Virus record (IMG/VR): IMGVR_UViG_3300045731_000049
DNA: 20,000 nucleotides
Strand: one strand, 5' to 3'
Origin: an uncultured virus (IMG/VR IMGVR_UViG_3300045731_000049)
Lineage: Duplodnaviria > Heunggongvirae > Uroviricota > Caudoviricetes
The notes under the pieces were generated by a model. The model had not been told where the DNA came from. It searched no databases and saw nothing but the letters and a program-made list of their open reading frames with translations. This document shows, one piece after another, positions 7,776-17,550 of this stretch (positions are counted from its first letter, which is position 1; every line of letters starts with the position of its first letter). The translations under genes were made by a program, and so were the position numbers.

Positions 7776-8208
7776 GAAGCATCTTCAGCTTCATCGGATT
7801 GCAGAAGCCGCCTTCCTGACCGAAGGGCCAGTAGCCGTTACGATGAGGCTCAGCCCTTGGGTCCACATAGGCCGCACGGACGCCCATAAGACGCACGGAC
7901 ATATAATGCAGCAATCGCTCAGCGATCTGAGGATAGAGGGAGAGGTATCCGACATCCTTGGTCTCAATAGCCTGGAAGATATCATGTGCAACCTTCTCGA
8001 TCTCATACTGCGAGAACTTATCCGCATGATCTCGATAACGCTCACAGATAGTCTCGAAAACAAGCTTGGCAGTTAGATCGCAACATTGGCCACGGGTCGC
8101 GCCATTCTTTTCAGATGACTTCTTTTCAACGAAGTTGCGCACGCCTTCAGTAATGATGAACATGAGTTCGGCATCGAGATTTTGGTCAGCGAATTTAACT
8201 AGGTTCAT
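7765..8208 (-). CDS. Hypothetical protein
   Basis: 147-aa ORF with AAGGAGG RBS (complement of CCTCCTT at 8216-8222); coupled to the 7530-7775 gene. Confidence 0.75.
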   Translation of the reverse strand: MNLVKFADQNLDAELMFIITEGVRNFVEKKSSEKNGATRGQCCDLTAKLVFETICERYRDHADKFSQYEIEKVAHDIFQAIETKDVGYLSLYPQIAERLLHYMSVRLMGVRAAYVDPRAEPHRNGYWPFGQEGGFCNPMKLKMLHDD

Positions 8209-8429
8209 TGCTGAGCCTCCTTCAGAGGTCTCTTTTAATATGATAAAAATTTTAAATCAAATAAATATGTCCATTAGACATTCATTATTTACGTATTTAA
8301 TTGAAAAAAATTAGTTAATACATGTTTCCAAATGATGCCATCATGGACGGATTTGGCACCCCCCGATTGTCCCTTGCTCTCATTTATCTGATTATTTATT
8401 TTCCAAATGAGAATAATCGGAGTTTGCAT

Positions 8430-8630
8430 ATGAATTATTTGCTGACGCATATCGAATGGGATACTGATGGCGCGGATCCAGAAGAACTTGGTCTTCCTTC
8501 ACAATTGACAATCAATGGAGATGGAGAAGGAATTGATAACAGCAGCGAGATCAGTAACTTGCTTTCTGATAAATATGGTTGGGCAGTAATAAGCTTTGCA
8601 TGCGATGAAGAGGTGGCACCGAAGCTATAA
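8430..8630 (+). CDS. Small acidic hypothetical protein (IEWDTDG motif)
   Basis: A GGAG RBS precedes the ATG at 8430; the upstream ORF extension is AT-rich and looks intergenic. Motif IEWDTDG...LP...LSDKYGW. Confidence 0.7.
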   Translation: MNYLLTHIEWDTDGADPEELGLPSQLTINGDGEGIDNSSEISNLLSDKYGWAVISFACDEEVAPKL

Positions 8631-8694
8631 GCGGAACGCCTCTTTCCAACTTCAAACGGATCGTATCTAAAATCTTCTTGAAAGCACCACCTGA

Positions 8695-10197
8695 ATGTCA
8701 AATCGCAATCCCTTAATTATCGATATCATTAAAGATTATTCGGAAAACAATCAGGAATTAGCGAGGTTATTAGCTCTATCGGTAGGCCGTGTTTTAAATA
8801 ATGCCTACCTTAGATATGAGGATTGGGAAGCTCAATATCAGGGCTGTGACATAGGCCACATAACGGATTGGCTGAAAGTAGCGCTTAGAAACAATGACCT
8901 TTGGCTCTCAAACGTCGACCATAAGAACAGACCTCTCAAACTGATGAAATTTTCGACTCTTGAGCAGATAACTCTGGAAGCTGACAAGGCCATGATGAAG
9001 GCCAATCAGAAAAACCAAGGAATTCAGTTATCTCCTGGCGAAGAGGAACTCGTTGTTGAGCTGGCTGACGGTTATTACCTCGTGGAACTCCTGACACCAA
9101 GCGCACTCGACAAGGAAGGTTCATTGATGCAACACTGTGTGGGGCACGGTGCGTACGATGACGATGTTGAGAGTGGTGACGTCAAAATACTGTCACTTCG
9201 CGACCCAAGCGGCAAGCCTCATGCCACAATCGAATTGAACGTTCCGGAGACTGCGGTTTTTCATCACTATGAGATCGCGCAAATACAGGGAAAACAAAAC
9301 AAGTTGCCTATTGGTAAATATTTATCTGTGCTGAAGCCATATATGGAAAAGGAATACCGTAACTTTCTAAAATACATCTCCGAACGAGGGTTGGTATCGG
9401 CAGATGACGGAACGTTTTATAAGCCAAACGAATTACCGGAAAATTCGACTATATATAGCCTTATCTTAAATCAGGCTCGTGATATCACGTTACCAGCAGG
9501 ACTTACTGTAAGAAATACATTTAATATATCGAGAAGTTACATTTCAGAATTACCTGATGATATAAAACTTATGGGTAATGCCGTTTTCCAATCTGGGAAA
9601 CTAACAAGATTTCCCGACGGATTTACAGTGGGCGGCAATCTACACATTCGCTATCATAAACCAATTTCCATGCCTTCCGGTCTGAAAGTCGGAGGCGATT
9701 TATATATTGACCACATCGACGTAATTGACATGCCTGATGGCCTCCAGGTCGGTCGCGATTTAACATTATTTCGGTCAGGCCGTTCGGAGGTAGAATCGCT
9801 TCCTGAAGACATGATGATTGGACGCGACCTTATAATTGACGGATGCTACATAAAACACTTGCCGGACAACTTAAAAATTAATAGAAATTTTATAATTCGA
9901 GATACCCCAATAAAATCATTGCCAAATGGTTTGGAATGCAAGGGAAATATAGATATTCGCGCCACTAACATTGAAAACATTCCATCGGACATTGTTGTAA
10001 GAGGCTATATAAAACTACCGCGAAAGATAATGAAAGATGGCAATATTCTTTCATTGTCAGATTGCATTTCGGACGATATGAAGATTGATGTCAGCTCCGA
10101 TCACTCAATTACACCGAAAATCGTTAAATTAGGTGATTTAAGAAATGAGGCCAGACTTAAAAATGCAGACGTTAACGTGGCCGGATACTCCGTTTAA
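8695..10197 (+). CDS. PcfJ-like domain protein with C-terminal LRR-like repeats (array copy 1)
   Basis: SVGRV, HITDWL, ALDKEGSLMQHCVGHGAYD, SLRDPSGKPHATIE and QIQGKQN, followed by many LP/MPxGLxVGGDL repeats. Confidence 0.88.
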   Translation: MSNRNPLIIDIIKDYSENNQELARLLALSVGRVLNNAYLRYEDWEAQYQGCDIGHITDWLKVALRNNDLWLSNVDHKNRPLKLMKFSTLEQITLEADKAMMKANQKNQGIQLSPGEEELVVELADGYYLVELLTPSALDKEGSLMQHCVGHGAYDDDVESGDVKILSLRDPSGKPHATIELNVPETAVFHHYEIAQIQGKQNKLPIGKYLSVLKPYMEKEYRNFLKYISERGLVSADDGTFYKPNELPENSTIYSLILNQARDITLPAGLTVRNTFNISRSYISELPDDIKLMGNAVFQSGKLTRFPDGFTVGGNLHIRYHKPISMPSGLKVGGDLYIDHIDVIDMPDGLQVGRDLTLFRSGRSEVESLPEDMMIGRDLIIDGCYIKHLPDNLKINRNFIIRDTPIKSLPNGLECKGNIDIRATNIENIPSDIVVRGYIKLPRKIMKDGNILSLSDCISDDMKIDVSSDHSITPKIVKLGDLRNEARLKNADVNVAGYSV

Positions 10198-10460
10198 GGA
10201 GTTTGGGATTAAGAGATATGTAAAATAGATGCCCAGGAACAGCTGATACATTAGCGTTCTGGTGTTTAGCGATGACGGCTCAACATTCTACGCAAGGTCG
10301 ACGTTGGTAATTATCAATCCAGCTGGATAAATGCCACGTAAATAAATGTAGAAATTATGTTTTGTCTACTTTTATGCTAATTCGCTTGCGATTAATTTTA
10401 ATAATCGTTATGTGCAAAACACTCTATGAGGCTCCAGTATCTGACACAGAAAGGAAGCAC

Positions 10461-11807
10461 ATGAACAGAGATGAATTAAGGGATCAAAAACGTTTAATCG
10501 ACGTCGCTCTGAGCAAGCTCGCAGGGGACGATTGGAAGCTGCTTAATTACCTTTCATTGTCAGTCGGGCGCGTATTGTCGAACATGGCCAGTCGAGGTGA
10601 AAACTGGCGAGTTGATTACCGTCGCGATACAATCCTTCATATTGTGGATTGGCTTAAGGCGGCCATCGTTAATAACGATTCATGGCTCCACCATGTCGAT
10701 GATAAGGGCCGCCCTTTTAAGCTGATGAAGTTCCACGATATTTCGTCGATCACTAAAGAAGCCGATAAGGCAATGATGAAGGCTGTCCAGAAGAACCTTG
10801 ACATCAAATTAGCTGAAGGAGACGAAGAACTCTTCGCGACGCTGGAAGACGGATATTACCTGGCACGATTGAAGACTGCAGAGGCTCTCGATAAAGAAAC
10901 AGGGATCATGCAACACTGTGTTGGAAATGGTGCATACGATGACGCTGTCACTGCAGGTAGTATCCTCATTCTTTCCCTCAGAGATAAATTTGGCAAACCG
11001 CATGCCACGATTGAAGTTGCACATAAAAATAAGAAGCGGGTATGTAAAACTGACTATTCCACTGATGGTGCTAGGGAATGGCTCGACTTCGGCCTAAACG
11101 TTCGGGTTGAGCAAATCCAAGGTAAACAAAACAAGGAACCTGCCGAAAAATACATGGAGCCGATTTTTAAATGGCTTGAGACAACAAAATGGGATCTTGG
11201 TTATATTCTGATGGATTTCCAAAAATGTCAGGCTAAAGACGGGATCATCTATTCTATTTATGAACTCCCAGATGGTTTCGAAAGTCTAATATATGTAAGA
11301 GTCCCGCACGGAAAAAATGTTGCGTTGCCTGATAATATGATCGCCAATGGCGGTCTCTATCTGAATGGCACCCTTGTTGAAGTTTTGCCAAAGAATCTGA
11401 CAGTTCGAGGTGAATTGGTTATCGACGGCACGCCAATTCGAGAAATTCCTGCATGCCTAAAAGCTGAAGGAGGCATCTCTGCTTCAGACAGTGCCCTTAA
11501 AACTATTTATTTCTCAAAAACGGCATCTTATCTGGATGTGCGCGGGTGCAAAAATTTCAAAATCGATAAGCCTGTCCACGTAAATGGAGATCTTCATGTT
11601 CATGGTACAGGCGTAACGTCATTTCCTGAAGGTATGACTGTTTCTGGCAAGGTTCATGCTGGCGTTTTCGAATTTGAAGAAGGGGCTTGGCCAGCAAGTA
11701 TGGGGGATCAAGCATCCAAGCGCGTACTTGAGACAGTGGAAGACGTTTTGGATGATCTCGCTGATGTATTAAACAACAGCGATTTCAACAAGTGTTTGTC
11801 CGTTTAA
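10461..11807 (+). CDS. PcfJ-like domain protein with LRR-like repeats (copy 2)
   Basis: AAGGAA RBS before the ATG at 10461. Motifs MQHCVGNGAYD, SLRDKFGKPHATIE and QIQGKQN; carries an extra insertion between ATIE and QIQG. Confidence 0.88.
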   Translation: MNRDELRDQKRLIDVALSKLAGDDWKLLNYLSLSVGRVLSNMASRGENWRVDYRRDTILHIVDWLKAAIVNNDSWLHHVDDKGRPFKLMKFHDISSITKEADKAMMKAVQKNLDIKLAEGDEELFATLEDGYYLARLKTAEALDKETGIMQHCVGNGAYDDAVTAGSILILSLRDKFGKPHATIEVAHKNKKRVCKTDYSTDGAREWLDFGLNVRVEQIQGKQNKEPAEKYMEPIFKWLETTKWDLGYILMDFQKCQAKDGIIYSIYELPDGFESLIYVRVPHGKNVALPDNMIANGGLYLNGTLVEVLPKNLTVRGELVIDGTPIREIPACLKAEGGISASDSALKTIYFSKTASYLDVRGCKNFKIDKPVHVNGDLHVHGTGVTSFPEGMTVSGKVHAGVFEFEEGAWPASMGDQASKRVLETVEDVLDDLADVLNNSDFNKCLSV

Positions 11808-12098
11808 TCACATCTTCTCTCATAAGAGGATACAAGCCATTGCTTGGTGGGAGGATTGCGATATCTAGGTAAATTCGGTCTTGAAAATGAAGCGACGAGC
11901 GAAGATTTACGCAGCCCACACTCCCTACGTCTAACTAAAACATCTTTCGGGCGATTTATTAGAGAAATCCTGTCGATCTGAAACATATGATGATCAATAT
12001 GACTTCTAAACTAAGCTCTTATTGATTGTTTTCTGCGATTTCGACGTTTGCATGAATATTTGCTAAACTTTTTATAGGAATGATTATTAGTGATTTTA

Positions 12099-13355
12099 AT
12101 GAGTAAACAAGATTCCCGTATTCTCAAATATTTAGAGCAATTTGCGAAAGGTGATCAGCGCGTGTTCGAACTCCTGGTTACATCGGTTGGGCGTGTACTC
12201 TCAAAAAATGCGCGTAGAGATAAAAATTGGCATTCTTTGTGTATTCCTAATGAGATTAATCACATTGTTAACTGGCTATCAGTCAGCATCAAAGATAGTG
12301 CCTCCTGGCTTTCCAATGTCGATCATCTGGGACGTCCAAAGAAGTTACTCAAGTTTTGCTCCATTGATCAGATAACGGCCGAAGCCAATAAGGCCTCAAA
12401 GATCGCCAACGAAAAAATTGGCAAGGTCACATTGATTGATGGTGATGAAGAGCTGTTTGCCGAACTCTCCGATGGCTTCTATCTCGTCAAATTACTGACA
12501 CCTGCAGCTTTAGATCGAGAAAGCTCGGTCATGCAGCATTGCATCGGGCACGGTGATTTTGATGACAGCCTGGACAAGAAGGAATTCAGCTTTCTGTCTT
12601 TACGGGACCGCCACGGAAACCCACATGTAACACTTGAAATTCATCGGCCATACGAAGTCCTGTTCGTTGAGCAAATGCAGGGGAAGCAGAACAAGTGTCC
12701 GAACCAAGAATATTTAAATGTTCTGATCCCGTATCTTGAAAGAGAGAAGATCGTCTTTGGCCATGTGTTCCTCTACGACCAAAAAGTTCGTGACGTAAAC
12801 AACGTACTTCATTCAATCAGTAACCTGCCGCAAGGCTTCGAGTCAGTGGATGATATTGACTGGTTCAAATCAGATGAAGGCTACTCGAAAACTCTGCCTT
12901 CCAACATGAAGGTCAATGGAAGCCTCTATCTCGTATCTTCAGAGGTAGTAGCCTTGCCAGAAAATCTTCAGGTAACGGAAGACCTGCACATATTTGGAAC
13001 GAGAATCACTCATTTGCCGAAATCAATTCGTGTCGAAGGCGATATTAATGCTGACAATAGCAGCCTCGCCGTAATTGATGATGGTTTTACCTGCAGAGGC
13101 GATCTCAAGATTTCGGGAACTCGGCTGAAAAGCCTGCCTAAAAATTTAATTGTCGCTGGCGCACTCGACATATCCGAAACCGAGATAGATGAAGTGCCAG
13201 AATGCTGCAAGATTGGAACCAAACTTATCGTCGACGAATATCAGTTGGATACACTTACTCTGCCTGAATGCGTCGCGGAAACCATCGAACTTGAAGTCAT
13301 GCCATCTAAGCACCAGGACATCACAGCAACATCTAACCTGAAGGTTTCACCATGA
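12099..13355 (+). CDS. PcfJ-like domain protein with LRR-like repeats (copy 3)
   Basis: MQHCIGHGDFD, SLRDRHGNPHVTLE and QMQGKQN; repeats LPSNMKVNGSL, LPENLQVTEDL, LPKSIRVEGDI and LPKNLIVAGAL. Confidence 0.88.
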   Translation: MSKQDSRILKYLEQFAKGDQRVFELLVTSVGRVLSKNARRDKNWHSLCIPNEINHIVNWLSVSIKDSASWLSNVDHLGRPKKLLKFCSIDQITAEANKASKIANEKIGKVTLIDGDEELFAELSDGFYLVKLLTPAALDRESSVMQHCIGHGDFDDSLDKKEFSFLSLRDRHGNPHVTLEIHRPYEVLFVEQMQGKQNKCPNQEYLNVLIPYLEREKIVFGHVFLYDQKVRDVNNVLHSISNLPQGFESVDDIDWFKSDEGYSKTLPSNMKVNGSLYLVSSEVVALPENLQVTEDLHIFGTRITHLPKSIRVEGDINADNSSLAVIDDGFTCRGDLKISGTRLKSLPKNLIVAGALDISETEIDEVPECCKIGTKLIVDEYQLDTLTLPECVAETIELEVMPSKHQDITATSNLKVSP

Positions 13356-14650
13356 ACGCAGAGCAAGAAATCATCGAATTCCTGAAGCCTTTCTCTAAGG
13401 ACGACCAGCGCGTTCTTGAGCTGTTGGCTACGTCACTAGGTCGTGTGCTCAATCGCGCGGCCAAGGCGGGCGACAGCTGGCGTTCTCTTTGTACTGACGC
13501 CCAGGCGAAACACATTGCCGATTGGTTGATTGCCGATGTCGAACAAGACGCACCTTGGCTCAAAAACATCGATGCCCTCGGTCGCAATAAAAAGATGCTC
13601 AAGTTCTACGACGTGGCTGGTATCGTTCGAGAAGCCGATAAAGTCATGATTATCCAGAGCCAGAAACTTGGAGAGGTCAAACTTGTATCTTCTGACGAAG
13701 AATTCTTCGATGAACTGTCAGATGGCTTCTATCTCGTTAAATTGAAAACTCCAGAAGCTTTGGATCGGGAAAGCAATATTATGCAGCACTGCGTGGGGCA
13801 GGGTGCTTACGATAGTGAATTAAGCAAAGATGGTTTCATGATTTTGTCCATGCGTGATCAGCATGGCAAGCCGCACGCTACCATCGAAATAAATGGTGGG
13901 GATGTCATCTACCAGATACAAGGCAAGCAGAACGCAGCTCCACGGCGAGATTACCTCGAAAAGATTGTAGAGTATTTTGGCGTGGCGCACGGAGACAAAT
14001 ATTTCGTCGACGGCGCTCTGGCTGATCACAAATTGGTCATGTCTGCAGACAATGAATTATTTGAATTGCAAAATCTGCCTCAAAAATTTGTGTCGAAATC
14101 TCACTTTAGTCTCTGCAACATCGACGGAGCGCGGTTTCCTAAAAAAATTCGCGTGAATGGCAATCTGAACTGCACGAACAGCGAAGTCACCCGAATTAAC
14201 GATGCTGACGTCGAGGGTGTCGCAATGCTTCAGGCGATGCTCAAACTAAAATCAATTGGAAAAATTAATGTTGGCAAGAACCTCACAGTCAATCATTGCC
14301 CAGAATTTACGACGCTTCCCGACAACTTGAAAATTCCAGGTTCACTTGTTGTGACTAATTCAGAGAAATTCAAAAAGCTGCCTACGGGTCTAGAAGTTGG
14401 AGATGTATTGAATCTCTATGGGACAGCCGTTACGAAATTGCCCGATGATATCAAAATCGGAAGAAAGCTTATTACAAAAGGGACGAAAATAAATCTCGAT
14501 GAATTACCATCTTCGTTACCAGATAGCCTGATCATTTGGCACTGCCCTTTTGAGGAAGAAACAACGCTTGGAAAAATCAGAAGGGCAGCGAAGCGACGCC
14601 AAAAGAAGGAAGCAATGGAAGCAGAGCAGTCCCTTGGGATGAGGATGTAA
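13352..14650 (+). CDS. PcfJ-like domain protein with LRR-like repeats (copy 4)
   Basis: ATGA overlap with copy 3. Motifs MQHCVGQGAYD, SMRDQHGKPHATIE and QIQGKQN. Confidence 0.88.
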   Translation: MNAEQEIIEFLKPFSKDDQRVLELLATSLGRVLNRAAKAGDSWRSLCTDAQAKHIADWLIADVEQDAPWLKNIDALGRNKKMLKFYDVAGIVREADKVMIIQSQKLGEVKLVSSDEEFFDELSDGFYLVKLKTPEALDRESNIMQHCVGQGAYDSELSKDGFMILSMRDQHGKPHATIEINGGDVIYQIQGKQNAAPRRDYLEKIVEYFGVAHGDKYFVDGALADHKLVMSADNELFELQNLPQKFVSKSHFSLCNIDGARFPKKIRVNGNLNCTNSEVTRINDADVEGVAMLQAMLKLKSIGKINVGKNLTVNHCPEFTTLPDNLKIPGSLVVTNSEKFKKLPTGLEVGDVLNLYGTAVTKLPDDIKIGRKLITKGTKINLDELPSSLPDSLIIWHCPFEEETTLGKIRRAAKRRQKKEAMEAEQSLGMRM

Positions 14651-14652
14651 GT

Positions 14653-15990
14653 ATGGCAAAGAAGGTTCCAGACGCTGAACTTCAGGCCATCTCTCGCCTT
14701 ATGATTGAACACGCAGACGGGAACGATGAGGTCGCTCGGCTCCTGACGTTATCGGTCGGCCGCGTGTTCAAGAACATCGCTACCAGTGGTGATCAGTGGA
14801 CACTGCACTATCGACCTGTAGAAGTCTCGCATATCGCGGACTGGCTTCGTGCTGCACTCGTGAACAATGAGGCATGGCTGACCCGTACCGATGCCAAGGT
14901 CCGTCCGCGTAAGCTCATGAAGTTCGCTTGCATGGAACAGATCACCCAGGAAGCCGATAAGGCGATGCGCAAGGCCAATCAAAAGCTTCTGGGTATCAAG
15001 CTCGTTCAAGGCGATGAAGAAATTGTCGCGGAAATGGAAAGCGGCTATTACATCGTTCGCCTGCTCACTCCATCAGCTCTGGATCGCGAAAGTGCGATCA
15101 TGCAGCATTGCATCGGTAATGGTGGCTATGATGAGAAGCTGGATGACCCAAAATTCCAGTACCTTTCCCTTAGAGACCAGTCTGGAAAACCACATGCAAC
15201 AGTCGAACTCGAAAAGTCATTCGACTACTTTTGGGTGAAACAGTTGCAAGGGAAACAGAACGCCGCGCCGCTTCCGAAATATGTTGTTGAGCTGATTTCA
15301 TATTTTGAACAGGCTCGCATCTGGCATGAGTACGCTCACCAGAGGCTTAGTGAACATGATGCCGTCATGTCAGCTTCTGGCGAGCTGTTCAGCATTTACG
15401 ATTTGCCTGACACCTTTGAAAGCAAGGGCCTCATGTATCTAACAGAGAAACAGGTCACCAAGCTTCCAAGCAATCTTGTTGTGAATGGCCGTCTCTTTAT
15501 TGATGGTACACCACTGACGCATTTAGAAGGCAAAATTCACATAAAAGGCGACCTGATCGCGCATGAATCTAGTTTGCAAAAGCTGTCAGGTGACATCAAA
15601 ATTGACGGCACTTTAAATCTGAGCAGTAGCAACATAGAATTCATCCCCGACAATCTGGAAGTATTTGATTTATGGGTTCCACATTGCGAAAACATGAAAA
15701 CACTGCCTGCAAATCTTACTGTTAGATGTACGTGTTCACTGACTGGGTCTGCAATAACAGAAATCCCGGAAGGCACGAAAATTGGTCGAATTCTTCTTAC
15801 TCCTACTTCCGAAATAACGACCGATTTATTGCCTTCTTCACTTCAAGATGACCTGACCCTTATCCGAGGCGCTTTCCATCAAAATGTTACCGTTGGAGAA
15901 GCTAGAGACAGGCTCAGCCAAGGCCATGAATTTCCATTCGTCCATCCTGACGATGCCAAAATGCAATTCGGAATGCGCCCCAGCATGTAA
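14653..15990 (+). CDS. PcfJ-like domain protein with LRR-like repeats (copy 5)
   Basis: Starts 2 bp after copy 4. Motifs MQHCIGNGGYD, SLRDQSGKPHATVE and QLQGKQN. Confidence 0.88.
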   Translation: MAKKVPDAELQAISRLMIEHADGNDEVARLLTLSVGRVFKNIATSGDQWTLHYRPVEVSHIADWLRAALVNNEAWLTRTDAKVRPRKLMKFACMEQITQEADKAMRKANQKLLGIKLVQGDEEIVAEMESGYYIVRLLTPSALDRESAIMQHCIGNGGYDEKLDDPKFQYLSLRDQSGKPHATVELEKSFDYFWVKQLQGKQNAAPLPKYVVELISYFEQARIWHEYAHQRLSEHDAVMSASGELFSIYDLPDTFESKGLMYLTEKQVTKLPSNLVVNGRLFIDGTPLTHLEGKIHIKGDLIAHESSLQKLSGDIKIDGTLNLSSSNIEFIPDNLEVFDLWVPHCENMKTLPANLTVRCTCSLTGSAITEIPEGTKIGRILLTPTSEITTDLLPSSLQDDLTLIRGAFHQNVTVGEARDRLSQGHEFPFVHPDDAKMQFGMRPSM

Positions 15991-16063
15991 GCAGTCTTCT
16001 GCATTGGTGGATTGCGTTCGAGCCGACCAGAATGATGGCAACAATGCGAAGTGAGCCATCACC

Positions 16064-17383
16064 ATGTCCCAAAAGCACGGACCCATAGCAGAAGCCGACA
16101 AGCAGATCGTCAGCAAAATGAGGGATCACGCTCAAGGCGACGTCGAACTTGCTAAGCTCCTGACGCTTTCTGTCGGTCGCGTGTTCTCGAAGGCCGCCAA
16201 GGCAGGTGACGACTGGACTGTGCTCTACGATAGCGCGGCAATCGAGCATATCGCAGACTGGCTCAAGGCTTCCATCGTCAACAATGCTCCATGGCTCGCA
16301 AACGTGGACAGTGCCGGAAACCCGAAGAAGCTTACCAAGTTCGCTTCCATCGACCAGATCACGCAGGAAGCCGACAAGGCCATGGCAATCGCTATCCAGC
16401 AGCAGGGGCAGATTACGCTCGTTGAAGGTGATGAGGAGCTATATGCGACGACATCAGATGGCTTTCATCTTGTTCGGTTGAAGACTCCTGCAGCACTCGA
16501 CCGAGAGAGCAAAGCGATGCAACACTGTGTCGGAAACGGCGCTTATGACCCTTGGCTCTCCATGAGTGATTACACACTCCTCTCTTTTCGGGACCGTCAC
16601 GGTAATCCGCATGCGACAATCGAAATCGGAAATCGGCACATCCACCAGATACAGGGTAAGCAAAATGCCTTGCCGCGAGCCGACTATCTCGAAAGCATCG
16701 TAAGATATTTCACCTCCGAAGTTCGTGATCGATATGACCTGACCGCTGTTCTTACCCAACATAACCTTTGTCTGGCTTCAGACGGTTCACTTGTAAGCAA
16801 CCAAGCCATTCCCGAGGGGTTCGAGAGCTATGGAGACGTCACTATCCGAGACGCGGAAAAACACTCAATCACATTACCCTCGAACATGACGATCAATGGC
16901 AACCTCGTCATTGAAGGGAATTCTGACTGCACTGTACTCGACAACATCAGCGTCACAGGAAATGCCACTATCCAGAATTGCGTGAACCTGTTGGAAATTG
17001 GCCCATTGTTTAAAGTCGCACAAAACCTAGCCATCTTGGATTGTGATCAAATCGAGCGTCTGCCAGCGGGGATGAAACTCAACTGGTTGAAAATTGTCTG
17101 GTGCGAAAAGCTGAAAGAATTGCCTGATGGCATGGAGTTAAAGCGATTGGATCTCTCGAACACCGAAATCACAAATCTGCCCGATGATATCAAGATCAGC
17201 CATTTCCTCGATATCTCAAGAAGCAAGATTGACAAAGACAACCTGCCTAAAGGCCTCTCAGACGATCTTGTTGTGTCTTTTGATCCATTCGAAAAACAGA
17301 AAACTCTCGGTCAAATCAGGAAAGCTGAAAAAGCTCGGCGCAACAAAGAAATGAAGATGGCCTCGGATGGCTTCAAGCCGTAA
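16064..17383 (+). CDS. PcfJ-like domain protein with LRR-like repeats (copy 6)
   Basis: MQHCVGNGAYD, SFRDRHGNPHATIE and QIQGKQN; clear LRR-like LKRLDLSNTEITNLP. Confidence 0.88.
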   Translation: MSQKHGPIAEADKQIVSKMRDHAQGDVELAKLLTLSVGRVFSKAAKAGDDWTVLYDSAAIEHIADWLKASIVNNAPWLANVDSAGNPKKLTKFASIDQITQEADKAMAIAIQQQGQITLVEGDEELYATTSDGFHLVRLKTPAALDRESKAMQHCVGNGAYDPWLSMSDYTLLSFRDRHGNPHATIEIGNRHIHQIQGKQNALPRADYLESIVRYFTSEVRDRYDLTAVLTQHNLCLASDGSLVSNQAIPEGFESYGDVTIRDAEKHSITLPSNMTINGNLVIEGNSDCTVLDNISVTGNATIQNCVNLLEIGPLFKVAQNLAILDCDQIERLPAGMKLNWLKIVWCEKLKELPDGMELKRLDLSNTEITNLPDDIKISHFLDISRSKIDKDNLPKGLSDDLVVSFDPFEKQKTLGQIRKAEKARRNKEMKMASDGFKP

Positions 17384-17550
17384 ATCCTGCATTTATTTAT
17401 GGAATAATATAAATGAATAATCGAAACTAGGATTTCTCCTTTACTAAAGAAGAAAATTATTCCCATATTTTTTATGGGCTTAGGATGATTTTGGTTGAAT
17501 AATCACTCCATAGATTATATCTCAATATAAGCAATGAATATGGAATTGGC

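Noticed and set aside
7004..8076. Overlapping alternative ORFs (7004-7375 -, 7023-7385 +, 7461-7889 +, 7675-8076 +)
   Set aside because: Shadow frames of better-supported genes, with no recognisable motifs.
10362..10460. Upstream extensions in the ORF track (10362, 8322, 4480 starts)
   Set aside because: Downstream ATGs (10461, 8430, 4438) have RBS motifs, and 10461 aligns better with the paralogs. The 4480 start lies inside the predicted promoter.
8695..17383. Diversity-generating retroelement or shufflon driving the paralog variation
   Set aside because: No reverse transcriptase, recombinase or near-identical template/variable repeat pair is visible; copies diverge throughout at the DNA level.
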